Origin: an uncultured Maribacter sp. | GTDB taxonomy: Bacteria > Bacteroidota > Bacteroidia > Flavobacteriales > Flavobacteriaceae | Length of the DNA: 51,332 bases | NCBI GenBank assembly: GCA_964532755.1 | Contig: CAZHJO010000001.1 | Span: 1-51,332 of the forward strand | Direction of reading: 5' to 3' | Shown here: positions 45,059 to 51,332 of the stretch, piece by piece | Layout of the letters: every line of letters begins with the position of its first letter | Numbering within the stretch: the stretch's first letter is position 1 | The notes under the pieces: generated by a model | Seen by the model: only the letters and a program-made list of their open reading frames with translations | Database searches by the model: none | Told to the model about the DNA's origin: nothing | Program-made: the position numbers and the translations under genes

Positions 45059-48000
45059 CTACTCCCCCCTCTATTTACAGCAGTTATATCTAACTCTAAG
45101 CTGTGGATCGTCTGGAACATTTGGTTCCAGTCAGAATCAATTGTCAGCCCCTCAATGCGCCCCTTTTTGGTAATTCCAATTTCAGCCTGAAATCTGCTGG
45201 AATCGGATCTGTTGAATACTTCGATGTCCGGCCCATCTACAAAATGGAGTGTTCCCACCATATTTTGGCTGTTCGGATCTATATCGTAGAAAAATCTATT
45301 GACAATGTAACTACTCGTAAGTGATTCTAATAATGTAGAATATATGTCAAAATAGATTTCTTGTCCATAAGACCTGAATCTACCCGGGATGGGTTTTACT
45401 TTGCCGTTGATAATCAAACGTAATGTAACGGCATTGGCTACAAGTTCAAATTTTGTGAAATAAAGGCCATTGGCAAGGGGGCCTGATAGGTAAAGCTCAT
45501 CCAACCGGCCTACCCTTTGGATATCAAAGTCTTGGACCCTGCGGTTGGCGGCGCTGAACGTTCCCAGCGTAATGTAGCTGCCGCCAACAAATTTTAAGAA
45601 TGTGATTATGCTAAAGCCTAAACTGTTGCCATCTAGCAGGAACCTTTCAAACAAATAGACAGCCTGTACTGATTCTTCCATTAATCCTGATAGGTTATAG
45701 CGAATGCCACTGACATTATCTAAAACTGCGGGGACTGACTTCTTTTTCCCATTGAGGTATACATCCAGGTTCAGTGGGCTTGCTATCAACTCAATGTTGT
45801 ATATCGCCAGGTCATTAATAGATCCGTATGTTATCTGCAAGGATACTACCCTACCAAGTTTCTCTATTTGGGTAGAGTCGCAAATCCTTCCAGCTAAAAT
45901 ATCCGTGGTGAATATCTCTGCAGTGCCCGCCCCGGTAAGCTGCAGATTAATTGTGGCTGTGGTACTATTTCCTCCAAGGTCATAGTTTAGCCTATCGAGA
46001 GAGTATACCGTCTCTAAGATGGAAGGAGGAGCATCCAAGAAATTAAATTCCACCCCGGAACCACCTTCCATGATATGTCCCTCAACCTGGAAATTTTCTT
46101 GTCCGAATCTGCATTGTAGCATTACCGGTTTAGCTTTTAATTCCACTCCGGTCAACGTAGATCCAGTACTTGAAAATGTTCCATAAATATCAATGCCCTC
46201 TAATACCCCAACTCTATCTATCTCGTATTGATAGTGGGACTCTGCAGCTGTAGCGTCACTGCCTATAAATATCGGCGTCGATCCGTAGAAGTTAATGTAG
46301 GTATTCCAAGTGAAGCCATTAGGGTTACCCAATATTGTAAGCCGCTCAAACATGTAAGCTTTCTGAACATCCGGCTTTTGATGTTGATTTTCGTAAAAGC
46401 TGGCACCGCCCAAGTTCTGCCGGAAATAACCTTCAACCGCTGTTTTACGATCTGCGTAATTTATGATCATTTTTACAACGGAGCGTTCTACAGTAATACT
46501 ATTAAATTTCAGGTAGTTTTGCGAAAGCTGCCCTGTGATGTAGAACTCTTCCATGGGACCAATTACAGCCATTGCGGTACTTTCATGTCTGCGCGATATG
46601 GAGTTGAGGGACATTAAGAAAGTGTCGGCACCATTAAATTTTTTGAAGTAAAGCGTGTGGTTTACTCCAAATGTGGCCAAATCAACGCTACACCGTTCGT
46701 ATTTGTAGATCTTGCCATCCTTCTCCGCGTCAGCCTCATCTAGGCGAAATTTTAAAACACCCGGGCCTGTGGATAGATGCCCATTAATTTCAATAGGATC
46801 GTCACCGATTAGCTTCATTGTTACTGGGAAATACTCAATTTCTATCGAATATATGTGGATTGCAGCTTGAGTCGTGTCTGCGAATATTAGGATGGATATA
46901 TCGTTGCAAACAATATCCATGTCGAAAGCGGTGGTCCTTTTGCCCGAGTTTGTAGATAGGGTACCGGCAGAATCAATCTTACCATTGCAGATAGTTTGTA
47001 CATAAACATTCGCGCTACCACCCACATCTGCAGATACAATTATCCGGGAAACTCTAGATGTTGTTGGAAATTCAATCCCACGGGTTTTAATTTCAAATGG
47101 CACTGCTGAGGTATAATCGGCATACCCTGCGAATTGATCCTCTAATTTTAAAACTCGACCACCAGATGATATAGCCACATCATCAGCTTTAACATCATAG
47201 TATATTGCTCTACATGGAATGCCTAAATCCCTAACACGCCCAGTTTCTAAATCTAATCCAAACGTGGAGTTGATGCTTCCGAACAGATACTCCCCATCTG
47301 CAAATGTTGCATTGTTTTGGTATGCCCCAATGGGAGAATAATTCTCTGAGAATTCTCCATTAAACAATGGGCGTAAAGCTCGGTGGCCCAAGATTACGGA
47401 TTGGGCGCCTCCTGTAAATATTCTGATTCCATCGGATGCTTGCCAGATGATTCCTTTGGCGGTGGGCACTACGGATTGGGGGCTTTTAGTTCCCGTCACC
47501 CCGGCAAGCTGCCGCACAAAATATGGGTTATCTCCATAGATTTGATATACATTGTATTCCGCTATGGCGTAGAGATCACCGCCGAATATCACTAAACGCT
47601 GGATGGGGTTGTCGCTGCTGGAGACCTCTATGTAATTCTGGACTGATTCAGGGTAGCCTATTCGGGAATAATAAACTCGGCCGTAACCACTATTCACCCA
47701 AAACATAGATTGATTAAATGGTCCCGCACAATCATCGAATGTAGTTTGTGGAGCACCGTTCCCGTAGGATATGAGCGTTGTGGATAAAGCGCTGTCAGAG
47801 AAGGTATCTACAAATGTGGTTTGGCTTCCTCCTATTTGAGTGAGGTAATAAAGCACTCCACCGTTCCCACCTGACCTATAAATCTTTTTCGTGTTAACCT
47901 GCGAATCACTTGAGTTGGTGAGGTTGGTAAGGGAGACACCGCTCTCTGATGCTAGCAATGCGACGTTGTTTATTGTCGATGGGTTGGATTCACAACCTGT

Positions 48001-48477
48001 GAATTGGTTATAATATGTATAAGCATATCGATATGTTGAAGCCCCATCTAAAGCCCCATACCCAAGGCCGGTACCATTAGCTGGCGCTTGAGGGGGAGAA
48101 ATACCCCAACGCCTCTCGGTAGAGTGCGTTAAAGCCCGAACACCACCCCCATTACAGACATATAAATAATCAGGGAATCCTGGGGAGGCAGGCATTACGG
48201 CAAATCTAAAATTTTTGTAGGAAGAGAAGCCTCTTACTAAAGTCGCATTTCTATATAACTGAGTGCCTACTCCGTAATACCAAGATGAGCCATAGAAGTG
48301 GATGGAATGGGCATTCATGTTGTTCTGAATTAAAGATGATCCATATCGTTTAAATGGGTGATTAACTGAAGAATTTGATACTCCTGTAAACCTCCTACAA
48401 TATCCTTCTGGAGCATCAGTTTCTGTTCCGGCTACATGCAATCCTTTCGAAAAATCCGACATTTTGATGCTTGGCAT
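45055..48477 (-). CDS. Tail nozzle/stabilisation-like protein with C-terminal tandem beta domains
   Basis: DFSKGL start, YRYAYTY..ES.PS, KIYR, VYYS...PE, G.....SV....GIIW...DGI propeller-like motifs; ATG 48477 coupled to upstream stop. Confidence 0.7.
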   Translation of the reverse strand: MPSIKMSDFSKGLHVAGTETDAPEGYCRRFTGVSNSSVNHPFKRYGSSLIQNNMNAHSIHFYGSSWYYGVGTQLYRNATLVRGFSSYKNFRFAVMPASPGFPDYLYVCNGGGVRALTHSTERRWGISPPQAPANGTGLGYGALDGASTYRYAYTYYNQFTGCESNPSTINNVALLASESGVSLTNLTNSSDSQVNTKKIYRSGGNGGVLYYLTQIGGSQTTFVDTFSDSALSTTLISYGNGAPQTTFDDCAGPFNQSMFWVNSGYGRVYYSRIGYPESVQNYIEVSSSDNPIQRLVIFGGDLYAIAEYNVYQIYGDNPYFVRQLAGVTGTKSPQSVVPTAKGIIWQASDGIRIFTGGAQSVILGHRALRPLFNGEFSENYSPIGAYQNNATFADGEYLFGSINSTFGLDLETGRVRDLGIPCRAIYYDVKADDVAISSGGRVLKLEDQFAGYADYTSAVPFEIKTRGIEFPTTSRVSRIIVSADVGGSANVYVQTICNGKIDSAGTLSTNSGKRTTAFDMDIVCNDISILIFADTTQAAIHIYSIEIEYFPVTMKLIGDDPIEINGHLSTGPGVLKFRLDEADAEKDGKIYKYERCSVDLATFGVNHTLYFKKFNGADTFLMSLNSISRRHESTAMAVIGPMEEFYITGQLSQNYLKFNSITVERSVVKMIINYADRKTAVEGYFRQNLGGASFYENQHQKPDVQKAYMFERLTILGNPNGFTWNTYINFYGSTPIFIGSDATAAESHYQYEIDRVGVLEGIDIYGTFSSTGSTLTGVELKAKPVMLQCRFGQENFQVEGHIMEGGSGVEFNFLDAPPSILETVYSLDRLNYDLGGNSTTATINLQLTGAGTAEIFTTDILAGRICDSTQIEKLGRVVSLQITYGSINDLAIYNIELIASPLNLDVYLNGKKKSVPAVLDNVSGIRYNLSGLMEESVQAVYLFERFLLDGNSLGFSIITFLKFVGGSYITLGTFSAANRRVQDFDIQRVGRLDELYLSGPLANGLYFTKFELVANAVTLRLIINGKVKPIPGRFRSYGQEIYFDIYSTLLESLTSSYIVNRFFYDIDPNSQNMVGTLHFVDGPDIEVFNRSDSSRFQAEIGITKKGRIEGLTIDSDWNQMFQTIHSLELDITAVNRGGSR

Positions 48478-48971
48478 TATTCCCCCCACCAACCAAGTAT
48501 ATTAATCTGAGCTAAAGTAAAGACAGATCCATAACCTGTATAATAGATCAATTTGCCCTGGTCTAAAGGCAATTCAAATTGAGCACAGTTGAACACTCCT
48601 GCCGTTTGAGAATAGCAGTAGAACCGGTTTGGATTCGTGGCATAAATTGCGGGCCAAACTTCAAGGCCCACATTTGTTAGGGTTGGGTGCGATATTTCTA
48701 CGCGCAGCTTCACCAATACAGGATTTTCGTGGTCAATTATCGGCTTTAAATTCAAAGGGTTCTGTCTACCATTGCAAATTAAACCACCCCGATCCTGATT
48801 AAAATCCCCTTGCCAGACGTTTCTTGGGTAATAGTTTAAAGCTGTTCTTTGGATTTGGGATAAACTTGTCAACTGTGAATTCAAATCAGACGTGAGACCG
48901 GCCTCTAATTTAGGGTGTACACTTGCCTTTTCCGGTAATTTATTTGTGGTTTTTATTCCTTGAAATCCCAT
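48477..48971 (-). CDS. Putative tail protein
   Basis: Within tail module; beta-rich C-terminus ending ILGWW. Confidence 0.55.
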   Translation of the reverse strand: MGFQGIKTTNKLPEKASVHPKLEAGLTSDLNSQLTSLSQIQRTALNYYPRNVWQGDFNQDRGGLICNGRQNPLNLKPIIDHENPVLVKLRVEISHPTLTNVGLEVWPAIYATNPNRFYCYSQTAGVFNCAQFELPLDQGKLIYYTGYGSVFTLAQINILGWWGE

Positions 48972-49521
48972 GGTGTCCCATCATTTTCAACATTAAAGAA
49001 CCCAGCGCTTCGCATTGAGCAGCGAAGTCGGGATCTTGGTTTGTGTCAGATCTGGTGAACTCTTTGGCCAAAGTCAGCATTGCAATAGGTAGTGCGTAAT
49101 AATCTGATATATTTGTGGATTTATCCTCTGCGTATATTACAGTAAGACGATCCCCTGAATCAAAATTGGGGATTGGGAACAAACTGAATTGCCTGTTAAG
49201 TTTATCCTGATAAAAAATAACCGGTATTCCTGGTTGAGTTCTCCAATCTATATAGTAAGCATCTAAGTGTGATTCGGTCTCTTCCGAAATACATTTACCC
49301 CCCAGCATCATGTGCACCATTCGGAGCATTGTGGAACCGTAATTATAGGTTTTAACGGAACTGGATAGGTTGTAATAAGTGGAGCCTAAAAATGGGGGCT
49401 TCTTTGCATAAGCCAACATCTCGATTACATCGTCAAAGAAGACGCTCACTGTAGTCAAGTCGTCTAAATCTAAAGACAACTCCCCCACTAAAGTGGTAAT
49501 TTCCGATTTAATTTTCGACAT
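48940..49521 (-). CDS. Head-tail adaptor-like protein (paralog 3)
   Basis: W....G.P, LFP.P...L.V.Y, helical ends. Confidence 0.65.
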   Translation of the reverse strand: MSKIKSEITTLVGELSLDLDDLTTVSVFFDDVIEMLAYAKKPPFLGSTYYNLSSSVKTYNYGSTMLRMVHMMLGGKCISEETESHLDAYYIDWRTQPGIPVIFYQDKLNRQFSLFPIPNFDSGDRLTVIYAEDKSTNISDYYALPIAMLTLAKEFTRSDTNQDPDFAAQCEALGSLMLKMMGHHGISRNKNHK

Positions 49522-50119
49522 TTTGTCTTGCCTTTAATGCTGTAGCTAAAAATTGAATGTGCTTTTCCAATAGAATTGAATCCCGTGCCCTAACCAACAA
49601 AACGCATTCAGCTAACTTTAAAGCAAGCTCTACAGACTCATCTGGAAGTTCCATATTTTCCGTAGTCAATGCGCTATAATTGGTATACATTTCAGTTACT
49701 TTTACATAATCAATGCGGACTGTGGTGCTTATACTCAGTGCTGGGTAGACGATAAAAGCATCCCGCCCGATCTGACACCAGGCCTCTAAACGTACTCCTG
49801 TAGCGTTATCGAACCAATCCATTTCATATGCAGAAAAGTGGTCGATAGACGGCACCTGAAGTAAAGCCCTATCATTTGATCCATCATGAATAGATATAAT
49901 ATCAGCAGCATATGGTAATGCTGTTTGTAAATCATAAAGTTGCTGACCTGCTGTAAGCGCGTAATCTACGGTGCCAGTAATTTTTTTGGTGGAAATGTTG
50001 GTAATCTGTTGGCAGATCATCAGAATCTCAGTGGCTAAATCGTTATCTATAGATATTCCACCTGTCTGCCTGGCGCGCTTGGTTAACTGGTCAACGGTGG
50101 TCTTAACATTTCTGGCCAT
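49508..50119 (-). CDS. Head-tail adaptor-like protein (paralog 2)
   Basis: L.AGQQ.YDL, IVYP......V.IDY, ELP. Confidence 0.65.
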   Translation of the reverse strand: MARNVKTTVDQLTKRARQTGGISIDNDLATEILMICQQITNISTKKITGTVDYALTAGQQLYDLQTALPYAADIISIHDGSNDRALLQVPSIDHFSAYEMDWFDNATGVRLEAWCQIGRDAFIVYPALSISTTVRIDYVKVTEMYTNYSALTTENMELPDESVELALKLAECVLLVRARDSILLEKHIQFLATALKARQNVEN

Positions 50120-50122
50120 TGC

Positions 50123-51070
50123 TTAACTCCAATTTGAGTAAACATGTTGTCGAGCGTTTGTTATATCCCCTACAGAGCTTCTGTGGTTTGTAAAATATTC
50201 CATGGTTAAGGTAATATCATCTACACCCTGTTGGGTCTTTAGAGCATCGCGGATGTAGTAGCCCCACTTGGTGTTCTGTTTGGCTTCTTCATTAGCATAT
50301 AGTCCTGCAGCGTCTATGTTTCCCGCAGCCACAGAATCTATTTTAAGGTAGCGATAAAGGTCGATCATGGCCCCCTCTTTGAGAACATATTCATCTATCT
50401 GTGGGGGAATTGTTGAGTTTATGAGTAGCCGAGTTGGTAGCTCCCAGTAAATATACCGGATGATTTCAGATACCGCTGGCACTGGGTATATCTCAACTTT
50501 TATAGCTCCAGTTGAGTCTATACCGGTTTGGGCAAAGTTCATGGGATAATGTGAAGATAGTATTCTCCCGGGGAAAGACAGGTCCAGTTCTGCAGCAGAC
50601 ATTTGATTTAATCGAAATTTCAGTCGGGGGAAAACAAAGGAACCTAACCATCTGGCTGTTGAGTTTAATGAATGCGTTCGTTTTACTAACTCATAGCCCC
50701 CTGATGCAACGGAATTCTCAGAAAAGGGGGTAGCTAAGGTTAGGCTGGTCTCGTTTGATACTGAAGCTACCAGGTACCAGGACTCGAGAATTTTGATGTA
50801 ATAATGTTCCTGAGTTCCAGAACCCACATCAGTTTGAAAAGTGGTTCCGGTCCCGGTTACAGTTGTGCTTCCACGGGAGGCTGTAACCGTTCCCGTATTG
50901 ACTAAACCAGGTACTACAAACTCACCCACTTTTCGTAAATGCCTGAATTGCACCTTTGCAACTAACTCTTTGTATCTATTGTCAATCCATTTAGCAGCAG
51001 CGATTTGAGGTATGGTAATTGGAGCTACTGCTGACAGGTCTTTTACAACGTTTTCGACGGTGGCCATCAA
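50123..51070 (-). CDS. Head-tail adaptor-like protein with inserted beta domain (paralog 1)
   Basis: GTVT...GSTTVTGTGTTF insert; IYPVP...I.Y.Y, IPP......L..GA. Confidence 0.7.
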   Translation of the reverse strand: MMATVENVVKDLSAVAPITIPQIAAAKWIDNRYKELVAKVQFRHLRKVGEFVVPGLVNTGTVTASRGSTTVTGTGTTFQTDVGSGTQEHYYIKILESWYLVASVSNETSLTLATPFSENSVASGGYELVKRTHSLNSTARWLGSFVFPRLKFRLNQMSAAELDLSFPGRILSSHYPMNFAQTGIDSTGAIKVEIYPVPAVSEIIRYIYWELPTRLLINSTIPPQIDEYVLKEGAMIDLYRYLKIDSVAAGNIDAAGLYANEEAKQNTKWGYYIRDALKTQQGVDDITLTMEYFTNHRSSVGDITNARQHVYSNWS

Positions 51071-51082
51071 TTACCCTCTCAA

Positions 51083-51332
51083 TTATTTAAATGCTCTAAA
51101 TTTATGGGCAGGTTTTAGGAAACCTTTTTGTGGAACTTGGCTATTATCTTCTCTCATCGGATCATACACGGTATTTTTTTGCGGTTTAATATACTGTTTT
51201 AATTGATCTTCAGTCATTTCATCTGCCAATTGCCGGGCGGCAGATGATGCTTTCCTTGGATCAATTTCTTTACGGCGAATCTGGAAAGCTAATTCAAAAT
51301 TACTCGGTCTCTTTAGCTTTCCTTTTCCTCCG
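51083..51332 (-). CDS. 3' part of the junction-spanning basic protein (DUF3008-like)
   Basis: ...LAFQIRRKEIDPRKASSAARQLADEMTEDQLKQYIK...FRAFK stop at 51083. Confidence 0.65.
   Translation of the reverse strand, partial: GGKGKLKRPSNFELAFQIRRKEIDPRKASSAARQLADEMTEDQLKQYIKPQKNTVYDPMREDNSQVPQKGFLKPAHKFRAFK
51278..51332. repeat. Terminal 55-bp direct repeat (copy 2)
   Basis: Identical to 1-55. Confidence 0.95.

Noticed and set aside
1-51332. Integrase, ParA/ParB, tRNA or rRNA genes
   Set aside because: No tyrosine/serine recombinase or ParA motifs and no cloverleaf recognised by eye; needs HMM and tRNAscan confirmation

Overview
The window is an apparently complete circular ~51.3-kb tailed-phage genome. 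The first 55 nt repeat at the end (assembly overlap), and an ORF reads through the junction. Organisation is podovirus-like, with two opposed arms. The minus-strand late arm carries terS, a terL split into ATPase and nuclease genes, a cassette of seven signal-peptide-bearing fibre/adhesin-like proteins, portal, scaffold, major capsid, three adaptor-like paralogs, a nozzle-like protein, a GNAT-like protein, ejection-like proteins and a holin-like peptide. The plus-strand early/replication arm carries many small ORFs, an RHH-like regulator, Cas4-like nuclease, AAA_24/Sak4-like ATPase, SSB-like protein, a UDG-fused PolA split in two, a DUF3987-like helicase and a metallophosphoesterase. A 1.6-kb non-coding region between the arms holds a 54-bp inverted repeat around an AT-rich core with an IHF-consensus site. 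Most notable: (1) a membrane-anchored FtsK/TraB-like ATPase with small membrane proteins sits between the PolA halves, and an 8-bp motif (STGGKACG) is densely clustered both inside its own gene and at a second locus 13 kb away, resembling the Streptomyces TraB/clt/Spd DNA-transfer system; (2) the fibre-like proteins carry Sec signal peptides and shared terminal motifs; (3) polymerase and terminase are both split; (4) a GCACTACAT box sits in four early promoters. I recognised no integrase, endolysin, tRNA or CRISPR array. All family calls come from motif recognition by eye, not database searches.
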